Below the pieces are notes generated by a model. That model searched no databases, had not been told where the DNA came from, and saw only the letters and a program-made list of their open reading frames with translations. A stretch of DNA of 64,000 bases, from assembly GCA_965117045.1 (NCBI GenBank), contig OZ220749.1:1156812-1220811 (forward strand), read 5' to 3'. The DNA comes from a bacterium (GTDB lineage: Bacteria > JAAXHH01). Below are positions 27,784 through 37,061 of this stretch, piece after piece (position 1 is the stretch's first letter; each line of letters begins with the position of its first letter). Both the position numbers and the translations under genes were made by a program.

Positions 27784-29115
27784 CTACGCTCCGTCAGATG
27801 CGGCCGGCTGAACGTTCGCTTCTTCCTCGCGCTTCAGGCGGTAGGCCCGGTCAAGCAGTTCCACCGGGTGAAGGACCTCGATCTCCCCGCCGTCCCGGTT
27901 TATACCGTGCCGGATCTGCAGGATGCAGCCGGGATTGCCGGTGGCCACCATGTCGGGCGCAGCCTGCCTGACGTGGTTCATCTTGCGCGCGAGCAGCCGG
28001 TCCGCCATGGCGGGATGGGTAATGTTGTAAATGCCGGCGCTGCCGCAGCACCAGTCCGATTCCTCCAGTTCGACGAGTTCGAGACCGGGAATCAGGCTCA
28101 GCAGGTCCCTGGGCTCTTCGCGGACGCGCTGTCCGTGGGCGAGGTGGCAGGCGTCGTGGTAGGCGACCCGTGCCCGGACCGGCCCCATCGCCTCGCTGAC
28201 GGGTATCCCGGCGAGAAACTCGTGTACGTCTTTGACCTTGTCCGCAAAGACGTGGGCACGGTCGTGGTAGTCGGGATCTCCGGCCAGCAGGTCGCCGTAC
28301 TCCTTCAACTGCGCGCCGCATCCCGCGGCGTTGATGATGACGGCATCCACTTCCGCCTGCTCGAAGGCATCGATGTTCCTGCGGGCCAGTGATTCGGCCA
28401 CTCCGCGCTCCCCGCTGTGTACCTGAAGCGCGCCGCAGCAGGTCTGGGCTTCGGGAAGGACCACGTCGCACCCGTTTTCGTTCAACACGCGGACCGTCGC
28501 GGTGTTCACGTGGGTAAACATCTCGTTCATCACACATCCTGTTACCAGGCCCACGCGATAGGCCGCCCTCCCCCGTGCCGGGGCGAAGGGCCGAAGTTCC
28601 GCCTTCATCGAAGCACTGGGCATGTCCGGCATCATGGCCTCCATGCCGCGCAGGCGGGATGGGAACCAGTTTATCAACCCCAGCCTGCGAACGAGTTTTT
28701 GTATACCGAGCGCCTGGTACCAGCGTAAAGGCAGGAAAACCGCGGAGAGCAGGAAACGCGACGGCAGCAGCTTTTCGAACACCAGGTTCCGGAAAAGCCG
28801 GCCGAGCAGAGGGCGGGGCCGTTTCTCGACGATCTCCGCCCGCGCGGCCTCCACGAGGCTGCCGTAGTGGACGCCGGCGGGACAGGCCGTTTCGCAGGCC
28901 CGGCAGTCGAGGCACCCGCTTATATGCGTCTCGAAGTGATCCGTCAGTTCGATACGCCCGTCCGCGTAGGCCCGCATGAGGTGGATGCGGCCTCGGGGGG
29001 AGTCCATTTCCACGCCGAGTTCGGTATAGGTCGGACAGGCGGGAAGGCATAGCCCGCAATGCACGCAATCCAGAAACTTGTCGTATTCGTCTACCAATCT
29101 GTTCTGCGTGCTCAT
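27784..29115 (-). CDS. GlcF-like (Fe-S) oxidoreductase (glycolate oxidase iron-sulfur subunit family, two 4Fe-4S + two CCG domains)
   Basis: CVHCGLCLPACPTY, DSPRGRI and CLDCRACETACP match E. coli GlcF, as do the C-terminal CCG motifs (DWCCGSAGIYNITHP, GNPGCILQIRHG). No glcD/glcE is adjacent. The start is the internal MSTQNRLV. Confidence 0.75.
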   Translation of the reverse strand: MSTQNRLVDEYDKFLDCVHCGLCLPACPTYTELGVEMDSPRGRIHLMRAYADGRIELTDHFETHISGCLDCRACETACPAGVHYGSLVEAARAEIVEKRPRPLLGRLFRNLVFEKLLPSRFLLSAVFLPLRWYQALGIQKLVRRLGLINWFPSRLRGMEAMMPDMPSASMKAELRPFAPARGRAAYRVGLVTGCVMNEMFTHVNTATVRVLNENGCDVVLPEAQTCCGALQVHSGERGVAESLARRNIDAFEQAEVDAVIINAAGCGAQLKEYGDLLAGDPDYHDRAHVFADKVKDVHEFLAGIPVSEAMGPVRARVAYHDACHLAHGQRVREEPRDLLSLIPGLELVELEESDWCCGSAGIYNITHPAMADRLLARKMNHVRQAAPDMVATGNPGCILQIRHGINRDGGEIEVLHPVELLDRAYRLKREEEANVQPAASDGA

Positions 29116-29362
29116 GCTGTGCGGATTCCGATCTGGCGTGGGCGGGTGCATCGGCCGGTCTCTTCGGACGGGTGATGATCGTAGTATTACTATAGTTTAA
29201 CCGTATATTGTCAAGCAGTTTATGGCCGTTACGAAAGGTGAAATAACCCTTCCAATATCCTCCGTTCGATTTACCTTTGCATGAAACGCGAAAGGGTACA
29301 ACCGGTCCGCACGGTCCGCACAGTCCGCAAAAAAGTCGACCAGACAGGAAGGAGCCGATGGC

Positions 29363-30247
29363 ATGACCGCGTTCGAAGGCATCCTGCCCGCTATCATCAC
29401 CCCGATGCACAGCGACGGCAGTTTCAATGAAGAGGCGTTTCGCCGGGTCATAGAATTCAATATCGAGTCCGGTGTCCACGGATTCTGGATCGCGGGCGGG
29501 ACGGGGGAAAGCATCCTGCTCAGCGACGAGGAGAACATGCGGATCGCTTCAGCGGCGGCGGACCAGTCCCGTGGCCGCGTGAACAACATCATGCATGTGG
29601 GCGCCGCGACCACGGAAAGGGCGGCCCGGCTGGCCGAACATGCCGCGGGCGCCGGGGTGGAGGCCATCTGCTGCGTGCCGCCTTTCTTCTACGGCCGGAC
29701 CGACGAAGCGATCGCCGAACACTACCGCGTCGTGGCGGCCGCGGCGGACCTGCCACTGTTCGTCTACAACCTGCCCCAGTCCACGGGCGTTGAGATCACG
29801 CCCGGCCTGATGGGGAGGATCCAGGACCAGGTGCCGCAACTGACCGGACTCAAACACTCGTCCCAGGTTTTCGCCAACGTGCGCAGCTTCTCGGCCATGG
29901 GATTGAAATGCCTGGTAGGCAACCACCAGCTGATGCTTCCGGCCCTGACGATCGGCGCTGCGGGCTGTGTGGACGGACCGCCGGTTATTGCGCCGGAATA
30001 CTGGGTGGAGATCTGGAAGGCCTACCGCGCGGGGGATCTCGGACGGGCCGAATCCGCGCAGGACCGTGCCAGCGGGGTGTGGGCGTCCCTGGGCGCGTGC
30101 GGCGGCGAGTTCCATTCGGTGGCCAAGGCGGCGCTCAGCGAGCGGCTGGGCATGGAATGCGGGTCGGCGCGTCCGCCGGGAAGGCCCTTGTCAAAGGAAC
30201 AACGGGACGGGCTGCGCAGGACCATGGCCGAACTCGGTCTCGTGTAA
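29363..30247 (+). CDS. dihydrodipicolinate synthase/N-acetylneuraminate lyase family (class I aldolase/dehydratase)
   Basis: PAIITPM...FNEEAFRRVIEFNIESGVHGFWIAGGTGES is the DapA-family N-terminus. The active-site Lys region is present. Confidence 0.75.
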   Translation: MTAFEGILPAIITPMHSDGSFNEEAFRRVIEFNIESGVHGFWIAGGTGESILLSDEENMRIASAAADQSRGRVNNIMHVGAATTERAARLAEHAAGAGVEAICCVPPFFYGRTDEAIAEHYRVVAAAADLPLFVYNLPQSTGVEITPGLMGRIQDQVPQLTGLKHSSQVFANVRSFSAMGLKCLVGNHQLMLPALTIGAAGCVDGPPVIAPEYWVEIWKAYRAGDLGRAESAQDRASGVWASLGACGGEFHSVAKAALSERLGMECGSARPPGRPLSKEQRDGLRRTMAELGLV

Positions 30248-30253
30248 CGGACG

Positions 30254-31312
30254 TCATTTCGTCAGGCGTCTGACGATGTCATCGCCCACTTCCACGGTAC
30301 TCGACCCGCCCCCGATGTCGGGCGTGCGGACCCGCCCTTCGGCGAGGTTCTCCGATACCGCCCGGCGAATCACCGCTCCGGCCTGTTCTTCACCCAGAAA
30401 CTCGACCATCATGGCGGCCGCGAGTATCGTGGCGATGGGATTGACCTCGCCCTTGCCGATGAGTTCGAAGGCGGAGCCGTGCACCGGCTCGAACATGGAG
30501 GGATGTACGCGTTCGGGGTTCAGGTTCGCGCTGGGCGCGAGTCCCATGCTGCCCACGGTGATCGCCGCGATATCGGTCAGGATGTCGCCGAAGAGGTTCG
30601 AGGCCACCACCACGTCGAAATCCTGGGGCCGGCGCACGAAATCCATGGCCGCCGCGTCGATGAGGAGGGACTCGGTCTCGACATCCCCGTACTCCGCCTT
30701 CACGCTGTCGAATACCTCGTCCCAGAAAACCATGCCATGGCCCTGGGCGTTCGACTTCGTGATGGACGTGACCATGCGCCGGCCGTCGCGGCGCCGCGCT
30801 TCTTCGAAGGCGTAGCGGATGATCCGTTCGGTGCCGTGCCGCGTGAAAACGGAGGTCTGGATCGCCACCTCCTGGTCGGTCTGGTGATACACCCGTCCCC
30901 CGATATCGGCGTATTCCCCTTCGGTATTCTCCCGGATGACCACCAAGTCGATATCTCCGGCCCCCCTTCCCGCCAGGGGAGACTGCACGCCCGCGTACAG
31001 ATAGGCGGGACGGACGCAGGCAAACTGGTCGAATCTGCGACGTATAGGCAGGATCAGGTTATTCAGGGTGATGTGGTCCTGCACCTCCTCGTCGCCGACC
31101 GCGCCGAAAAATATGGCGTCGAATTCCGCGAGCCGGTCCAGCCCGCCATCGGGAATGAATCTTCCCGTTCGCTTGTAGCGTTCGGAACTCCAGTCGAATC
31201 GGGTGAAACGAAAGGACGGGTCTCCCAGCGCTTCGAGCGCCTTGATGCCTTCCTCGATGACTTCGGGACCGACGCCGTCCCCGCCGATCACGGCGATTTC
31301 AAAATTTGGCAT
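30254..31312 (-). CDS. isocitrate/isopropylmalate dehydrogenase family enzyme (LeuB / tartrate dehydrogenase-like)
   Basis: IAVIGGDGVGPEV at the N-terminus and NLFGDILTDIAA are family signatures. The start is the internal MPNFEIAV. Confidence 0.8.
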   Translation of the reverse strand: MPNFEIAVIGGDGVGPEVIEEGIKALEALGDPSFRFTRFDWSSERYKRTGRFIPDGGLDRLAEFDAIFFGAVGDEEVQDHITLNNLILPIRRRFDQFACVRPAYLYAGVQSPLAGRGAGDIDLVVIRENTEGEYADIGGRVYHQTDQEVAIQTSVFTRHGTERIIRYAFEEARRRDGRRMVTSITKSNAQGHGMVFWDEVFDSVKAEYGDVETESLLIDAAAMDFVRRPQDFDVVVASNLFGDILTDIAAITVGSMGLAPSANLNPERVHPSMFEPVHGSAFELIGKGEVNPIATILAAAMMVEFLGEEQAGAVIRRAVSENLAEGRVRTPDIGGGSSTVEVGDDIVRRLTK

Positions 31313-31412
31313 GATTGAATGAACCGATGTGCCTTTCCAGGGTTGAGTCGTGCCGGGAGCATGGATCAGGGGGTTTTCACTCAAGACGAGGGCTGCAGGA
31401 CGTGCGCGCCGA

Positions 31413-31979
31413 TCAGGAGTCGACGCCTTTAGCGGAACATGGGTCGCATATCCACGCGGCGCGGGTCATCCCGCCCGCGGGGATCTCGGTCTCGTAGTCC
31501 TGCGCAACCGGCACCCGGGTCCTGCCGCAGAAGTCGCATTTGCCGGTCGGCTTCGGTTGCCTGCCTTCCGGCAATTCCTTCCGGATCCGGGACACCGCTT
31601 CTTCATTCAGAAACGGTTCGGCGAACTGCCGCGCGAATCCGAGCACCTGGCGGTCTGTTTCGTTATCCAACGCACGGCGGACGATCGGTTCGAAGGCCGG
31701 ATCGGTGGGACAACCCCCGTCTTCCAGCGTATGCCAGGCCCGCCGGCGGACCCGGGCGTCTTCATCCTCCATCATCCGGTAGAGCGCCTTCCAGACTTCC
31801 TCGTTGCGGTGACGGACGTGGCACGGACACATGTAGGTCGCGGCCACGATGCGGTCGTCGGGATCACCGCTTTCGGACAGGCGAATGAGTTCCGCGATAT
31901 CTTCCCGGCTCACGCGTTCCTCGCCCGGCTTCCGCCAGGCCTTCTGGTGGCGGTTGAGTCCGCTGTTCCGTCTGCTCAT
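31413..31979 (-). CDS. hypothetical protein with HEAT-like repeats and Cys-rich (zinc-ribbon-like) termini
   Basis: DPDDRIVAATYM...DEDARVRRRAWHTLEDGG are PBS-lyase-type HEAT units. The C-terminus has Cys pairs (CDFCG...CDPCSAKG). There is no homologous partner in the window. Confidence 0.5.
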   Translation of the reverse strand: MSRRNSGLNRHQKAWRKPGEERVSREDIAELIRLSESGDPDDRIVAATYMCPCHVRHRNEEVWKALYRMMEDEDARVRRRAWHTLEDGGCPTDPAFEPIVRRALDNETDRQVLGFARQFAEPFLNEEAVSRIRKELPEGRQPKPTGKCDFCGRTRVPVAQDYETEIPAGGMTRAAWICDPCSAKGVDS

Positions 31980-31992
31980 CGCGGTGTCCTGG

Positions 31993-32898
31993 TCAGAGTT
32001 GCTGCACAGGATTGGAGAGTACGCCGATCTGGGGGGAGGCGATCATCACGATGTCGTCCTCACGCAGTCCCAGGTCGCTCGGCACGATGATGCCTGTGCC
32101 CGTGGAAACGACGGTACCCGCGGGGATCAGGTTGTCCCGGTAGAGGTACTCGTTCAACTCGTCGAAACTGCGCGCCAGTTGCGAAGTGTTGGCCTCTCCC
32201 TCGAATACGACGGCGTCGTCCCGCAGAATCCGGCATTGAATATCGATATCGTAGGGATCGTCGATCTCGTCCGCAGTGACCAGGGCGGGTCCGATCGCGC
32301 AACAGCCCTGGTAGATCTTGGACTGGTTAAGGTAGAGGGGATTCGCCCGCTCGATGTCCCAGGCCGAAACGTCGTTGCACAGGGTGTAACCGACGATTTC
32401 GCCTTCATCGCCCAGTACATAGGCCAGTTCGGGCTCGGTGGCGGTGAAGTTCGAGTCGCCGCGGACGCAAATGGGCGCGTTCGGACCGGAACAACGGGAA
32501 GCGGTGGCCTTGAAGAAGGATTCGGGGCGATCGGACTGGTAAACCTGGTCATAAATGGTCTGCTGGGCATCGTCGTCCCTGAATTCGGCGCTCCGCTTGT
32601 AGGTCACGCCGAAACCCCACACCTCGGGCGAGAAGATCGGAACCATGAGGTGCGGGACGCCCACGTCCGGCGTAACGTCGAGCGATTCATAGGAGAACCC
32701 GGTCAACTGGCCGTCGTAGTCGTTCATGGCGCGTTCGACGAGTTCGGACAGCGAAAGACGTGCCACGCCGGATACGTACAGGAGGTCGTTGACGGTCTCC
32801 ACCTCCGGCATGACCTCCGAAAGGTCGATGACCTGGTCGTCCTGGAAGATGCCTACGCCGGACTCCTGGCCGGGTTCGTAGAATTGAACCAGTTTCAT
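31993..32898 (-). CDS. fumarylacetoacetate hydrolase (FAH) family protein
   Basis: The product has the FAH-family C-terminal fold with conserved Asp/Glu metal-site residues (DYEGELA...). The start is the internal MKLVQFYEPG. Confidence 0.7.
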   Translation of the reverse strand: MKLVQFYEPGQESGVGIFQDDQVIDLSEVMPEVETVNDLLYVSGVARLSLSELVERAMNDYDGQLTGFSYESLDVTPDVGVPHLMVPIFSPEVWGFGVTYKRSAEFRDDDAQQTIYDQVYQSDRPESFFKATASRCSGPNAPICVRGDSNFTATEPELAYVLGDEGEIVGYTLCNDVSAWDIERANPLYLNQSKIYQGCCAIGPALVTADEIDDPYDIDIQCRILRDDAVVFEGEANTSQLARSFDELNEYLYRDNLIPAGTVVSTGTGIIVPSDLGLREDDIVMIASPQIGVLSNPVQQL

Positions 32899-33168
32899 TC
32901 GATATTCCCCGTGTTTTATGGAGGGTTTCACCGGATTCATGCACGCAAAAAGCTCTGGTAAAGATAGGATCCCAGCGCCTCGTGTAAAGGGAATTCTGCC
33001 CCGCGTTCCGAGGTGTTGTTCCCGGTTTGTGCTTGATCGCGGATACGGCGAACGTTACCATTCGAAGAGCTTTTTGTTGAAGTGGAAAGCGCTGGACGGT
33101 GTATATTATTCCGTTTACAGCGGTCGTATCTACAGTAGATCGAAATTCTAACCCGGAAAGCACGCCGA

Positions 33169-33972
33169 GTGTCCTTTTTACTCCGGACCGCCGCCGTCCT
33201 GATCACGCTGACCTTCCTGCTAGGCGTGATGCTGCCCACGGTCCGCGGGCAACGCACCCCCGATGCTCAACGCACCCCCGATTCGCCCGTTACGAGTTGG
33301 CAGAAGCTTGAAACGCGAATGACCGACAACTGCGCCCTGTGCCACCAGCGCCTGGGCGAACCCCTCGCCAGGCAGGTCGCCGAATGGCAGGGCAGCATCC
33401 ACGCGTGGAACGGCGTCTTCTGCGACACGTGCCACGGAGGCGATCCCACCAGCACCATCCTCACCGTGGCCATGGGCGAGCAGAACGGGTTCATGGACGC
33501 ACCGCTGCCTGAAGCCGTTCCGGACGACTGCGGACGCTGCCACCCGGAGGCCCTGGAGAGCTTCTGGGAGAGTGCCCACGGAGACCTGTTCGAAGCCAAT
33601 GACTTCGAGCCCGAATGCGTCACCTGCCACAACAGCCACGACGTGACGGAAGTGCACATCGACATGGTGTCCATCACCGCGCCCTGCGGTGAATGCCACG
33701 ACCAGGACTACATCGACGAGGTCCGCAATCCCCTGGTCGACACGGACGGGAGAATCGAAAGGCTCTACGGACAGATCCTGGCCATGCCCGGCGACAACCC
33801 CAACGCGCCTTATCTTCGTAACCGTCTCGTCCGCGTCCGCAAGCAGTTCCGCGGCCTGGCGCACTACCTGGCCACCAACACTATCGTCACCAAGCGGCAG
33901 GCCATCGACCGGGAACTCGACTACATCGAATTCATGCTGCATTTCGATGACAGCACGGTCGAAGGCAAGTAG
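33169..33972 (+). CDS. pentahaem c-type cytochrome, secreted
   Basis: A signal peptide (FLLRTAAVLITLTFLLGVMLP) is followed by five CxxCH motifs: CALCH, CDTCH, CGRCH, CVTCH, CGECH. The start is GTG. QRTPDAQRTPD is a short repeat. Confidence 0.8.
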   Translation: MSFLLRTAAVLITLTFLLGVMLPTVRGQRTPDAQRTPDSPVTSWQKLETRMTDNCALCHQRLGEPLARQVAEWQGSIHAWNGVFCDTCHGGDPTSTILTVAMGEQNGFMDAPLPEAVPDDCGRCHPEALESFWESAHGDLFEANDFEPECVTCHNSHDVTEVHIDMVSITAPCGECHDQDYIDEVRNPLVDTDGRIERLYGQILAMPGDNPNAPYLRNRLVRVRKQFRGLAHYLATNTIVTKRQAIDRELDYIEFMLHFDDSTVEGK

Positions 33973-34103
33973 CTTGAAGACCGCGTTCATACCTCTGGTT
34001 TTCCCCGTGTTCAGCCGCGTCGGTGTTTCGCTTCGCCAGGCTTATTTCTGTTGACTTTCCCGTTGGCCGTCGCTAATTTTGACTGGTTTTGCCCGATACG
34101 ATT

Positions 34104-34176
34104 GCCGAGGTAGCTCAGGCGGTAGAGCAGTGGACTGAAAATCCATGTGTCGACAGTTCGACTCTGTCCCTCGGCA
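34104..34176 (+). tRNA. tRNA-Phe (anticodon GAA)
   Basis: GCCGAGGTAGCTCAGGCGGTAGAGCAGTGGACTGAAAATCCATGTGTCGACAGTTCGACTCTGTCCCTCGGCA folds as a cloverleaf by hand. The anticodon loop CTGAAAA carries GAA, the T-loop is TTCGACT, and CCA is not encoded. Confidence 0.85.
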
Positions 34177-34212
34177 TTTTCCATTTTACAACGAATATCC
34201 CGCTTCGAAACG

Positions 34213-34320
34213 GGACTTCTGGCCAGCGCGGGCCCGGCCTGGTCCTCCCCGCCCTGGTCCTCCCCGCCCTGGTCCTCCGGTCCGGCGTGCCCGGTCCGGC
34301 GTGCCCGGTCCGGCCTGCCC
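34213..34320. repeat. 15-bp-periodic GC-rich tandem repeat array downstream of tRNA-Phe (ccctggtcctccccg x~2.5; tccggcgtgcccgg x~2.5)
   Basis: Read directly from the sequence. The ORFs called through it (PGPPRPGPP...) are repeat artefacts. Confidence 0.8.
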
Positions 34321-34597
34321 AGACCCGTCCCGACGTTACCCAGCCGACCGCATCCTCCTGAGTGCTGAATAGGGTGCACTCCCCTGGCGGCATCGGAAAA
34401 CCCCCGGTTTCCGCAGGACCTGAATCCCACTTCCACTGCAACCTTTCTTGTCCCGATCGAGTCGAAACGTTCGACAACGGTCCGCATGACCGGTCGACCC
34501 GCATGAACGGCCGACCGAGCACGTCGAAAGCGCACCGAAGCTGCGCTGACGCGCCGATTCACCCGAGTTACCGCTCGAGACAGGATACCTCCCGATC

Positions 34598-37018
34598 ATG
34601 TTCCGGAACTACCTCACGATAGCCTATCGAAACGCCCTGCGCCACAGAGGATACGCCGTAATCAACGTCATGGGCCTCGCGGTCGGGATGACCTGTTGCA
34701 TCCTGATCCTGCTGTACGTCCAGGACGAACTCGGCTATGACCGGTACGCATCGCGCCACGACCGCATCTACCGGCTTACCATGGCGATCGAGACGCCGGA
34801 CAGGGCGGAAACCCGCACCGCGCGGAGTCCGACGGCGTGGGGGTGGATGCTGACCGACGCCTTTCCCGAAGTCGAAGGGTTCACCCGCATAAAGGCGCCG
34901 CTGGTTTCCTGGCAGGTCACGTACGTGGAAGGCAACAGACGGTTCAACGAGCCGGGTTTCTACTTCGCGGACCCCGGCATCCTGGACCTGTTCGACTTCA
35001 GACTGATCAGCGGCGACGCGAACACGGCCCTGAACGCCCCAAATACGGTAGTCATGACCGAATCCACGGCGGCCCGGTACTTCGGTGACGAGGAAGCCCT
35101 GGGCAAAGTGATCCGGATCGACAACACCTACGACCTGACCGTAACCGGCGTCATGGAAGACGTACCGCGCAATTCCCATATGACCTTCGGTTTCCTGGGG
35201 TCCTTCGAAACCCTCAACGTCAACCCCATCTACGGGGGAACGGATTACGGCAGGAACACGCAGAACTTCGGCCCGGACCTGTATACCTACCTGTTACTCG
35301 CCGAAGGTTTCACGCCCGAATCCCTCGATCCGAAACTGGCGGAGTTCATCGCATCGCGTTACGGGCCGGCCCTGAACCAGTTCAACGCGCAAATCGAAAC
35401 CTTTCTTCAGCCCCTGACCAGCATTCACCTGCATTCGAACCTCGACGGGGAACTGGGCGCGAACAGCGATATCGCCTACATCTACATCTTCTCGGCCGTT
35501 GCGTTCTTTCTCCTGCTGATCGCCTGCATCAACTTCATGAACCTGGCGACGGCCCGTTCGGCCGGCCGCGCCCGGGAAGTCGGCATCCGCAAGGTGCTGG
35601 GGGCGTTCCGTGTTCAGCTGATTGGCCAGTTCATGGGTGAATCCACGATCATGGCGGTACTTTCACTGATTGTGGCCGTGGGCCTGGTCTATGCATTTCT
35701 ACCCGCGTTCAACGCCCTGGCCGGCAAGGACCTGGTCTTTGCCTTCGATGATATGAGCATGGCATTCGGCCTCGTCGGAATCGTGGTGCTGGCCGGTGCG
35801 CTGGCCGGCAGCTACCCGGCGTTGTTCCTGTCGTCGTTCCAGCCCGTTTCCGTGCTGAAGGGCTCCTCCAGGGCGGGCGCGGTGAATACGAACCTGCGGA
35901 AGATCCTGGTCGTGCTGCAGTTCGTGATATCGGTCGTGTTCATCATCGGCACGGGCGTGGTGGCGGACCAGATGCGGTTCGTGCAGGACAAGCACCTGGG
36001 GTTCGAGAAAGAACAGGTGGTGGTCATGCCGCTCGGGGATCCCCGGCAGCGCCTGATCTACAATGCCTACAAGGACAAGATCGGAGGCTACCCCGACGTA
36101 TTGGGCGTTACAGTGGCGAACGAGATGCCGGGCGGCCTGGTGAACGACATTCTCTTTACGCCGGACGGCGCGCCGGAAGAGGAACTGGTCCGTATCAACA
36201 ACATGTGGATCGATCACGATTTCATCCGGACGATGGGCATCGAACTCACGGAGGGACGCGATTTCTCCCGGTCCTTCCCCACGGATACGCTGCAGGCCTT
36301 CGTGATCAACGAGGCCGCCGTGAAATGGCTGGGCTGGGAAGGTGCTCCGCTCGACAAGAAAATCCGCCTGGGAAACTTCAAAGACGGCCGGGTCATCGGT
36401 GTCGTGCGGGACTTCCACGTGCGGTCGCTGCACAGCGGCATCGAACCGATGATGCTGCAGTTGGCACCCGGCCCGGACCCGCTCCACTATCTCGCGATCA
36501 GGATCGCCCCGGATGACGTGGCCGAAACGATGGGATTCCTGGAAAGCAGCTGGCGCGAGATCTATCCGGACGATTCGTTTACCTATTCGTTTCTCGATGA
36601 GGACTTCAACCGGCTGTACCAGAACGAAGCGCGGCAGGGAAGCATCTTCCGAAGCTTTTCCATGCTGGCCGTCTTCATCGCTTGCCTGGGCTTGCTGGGA
36701 CTCGCTTCCTTCACGGCGGAACAGCGAACCCGGGAAATCGGCGTGCGGAAAGTGCTGGGGGCGTCCGCTTCCGGCATCGTCGCGCTGCTTTCCAAAGAAT
36801 ACGTCCGACTGGTCGTGTACGCCAACCTCATCGCCTGGCCCATCGCTTACTTCGTGATGAACGACTGGCTCGACGGCTTCGCGTACCGTACGGACCTTTC
36901 TCCCTGGATATTCGTACTCGCCGCGGCACTGGCCATCGCCGTTACGCTGCTTACCGTTAGCTACAGAGCCGTCAGCGTCGCCCATACCGATCCGGTGGAC
37001 GCGCTGCAGCACGAGTGA
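34598..37018 (+). CDS. ABC transporter permease, FtsX/MacB-like (two FtsX domains)
   Basis: The N-terminus MFRNYLTIAYRNALRHRGYAVINVMGLAVGMTCCILI is typical. The 806-aa product has duplicated 4-TM FtsX modules with large periplasmic loops. Confidence 0.8.
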   Translation: MFRNYLTIAYRNALRHRGYAVINVMGLAVGMTCCILILLYVQDELGYDRYASRHDRIYRLTMAIETPDRAETRTARSPTAWGWMLTDAFPEVEGFTRIKAPLVSWQVTYVEGNRRFNEPGFYFADPGILDLFDFRLISGDANTALNAPNTVVMTESTAARYFGDEEALGKVIRIDNTYDLTVTGVMEDVPRNSHMTFGFLGSFETLNVNPIYGGTDYGRNTQNFGPDLYTYLLLAEGFTPESLDPKLAEFIASRYGPALNQFNAQIETFLQPLTSIHLHSNLDGELGANSDIAYIYIFSAVAFFLLLIACINFMNLATARSAGRAREVGIRKVLGAFRVQLIGQFMGESTIMAVLSLIVAVGLVYAFLPAFNALAGKDLVFAFDDMSMAFGLVGIVVLAGALAGSYPALFLSSFQPVSVLKGSSRAGAVNTNLRKILVVLQFVISVVFIIGTGVVADQMRFVQDKHLGFEKEQVVVMPLGDPRQRLIYNAYKDKIGGYPDVLGVTVANEMPGGLVNDILFTPDGAPEEELVRINNMWIDHDFIRTMGIELTEGRDFSRSFPTDTLQAFVINEAAVKWLGWEGAPLDKKIRLGNFKDGRVIGVVRDFHVRSLHSGIEPMMLQLAPGPDPLHYLAIRIAPDDVAETMGFLESSWREIYPDDSFTYSFLDEDFNRLYQNEARQGSIFRSFSMLAVFIACLGLLGLASFTAEQRTREIGVRKVLGASASGIVALLSKEYVRLVVYANLIAWPIAYFVMNDWLDGFAYRTDLSPWIFVLAAALAIAVTLLTVSYRAVSVAHTDPVDALQHE

Positions 37019-37061
37019 ACCGTCGACGCCCCGCGTCTGCGTCCCCGCGACAATTTCAGGT

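Noticed and set aside
31413-31979. Considered calling the small HEAT/Cys-rich protein a phycobilisome lyase or a deoxyhypusine-hydroxylase-like enzyme.
   Set aside because: It has only two or three HEAT units and lacks the paired His-Glu metal motifs of DOHH. There is no phycobiliprotein context. It is kept as hypothetical.
34145-34372. Small ORFs encoding PGPPRPGPPRPGPP / AGPAWSSPPWSSPPWSS downstream of tRNA-Phe.
   Set aside because: They are translations of the 15-bp tandem repeat array, present in several frames at once. There is no start context and no homology.
34104-37018. Prophage or integrative-element insertion at tRNA-Phe.
   Set aside because: No integrase, excisionase, att duplicate or phage-like genes occur anywhere in the window. 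The downstream genes are ordinary transporters and enzymes with the same GC content.
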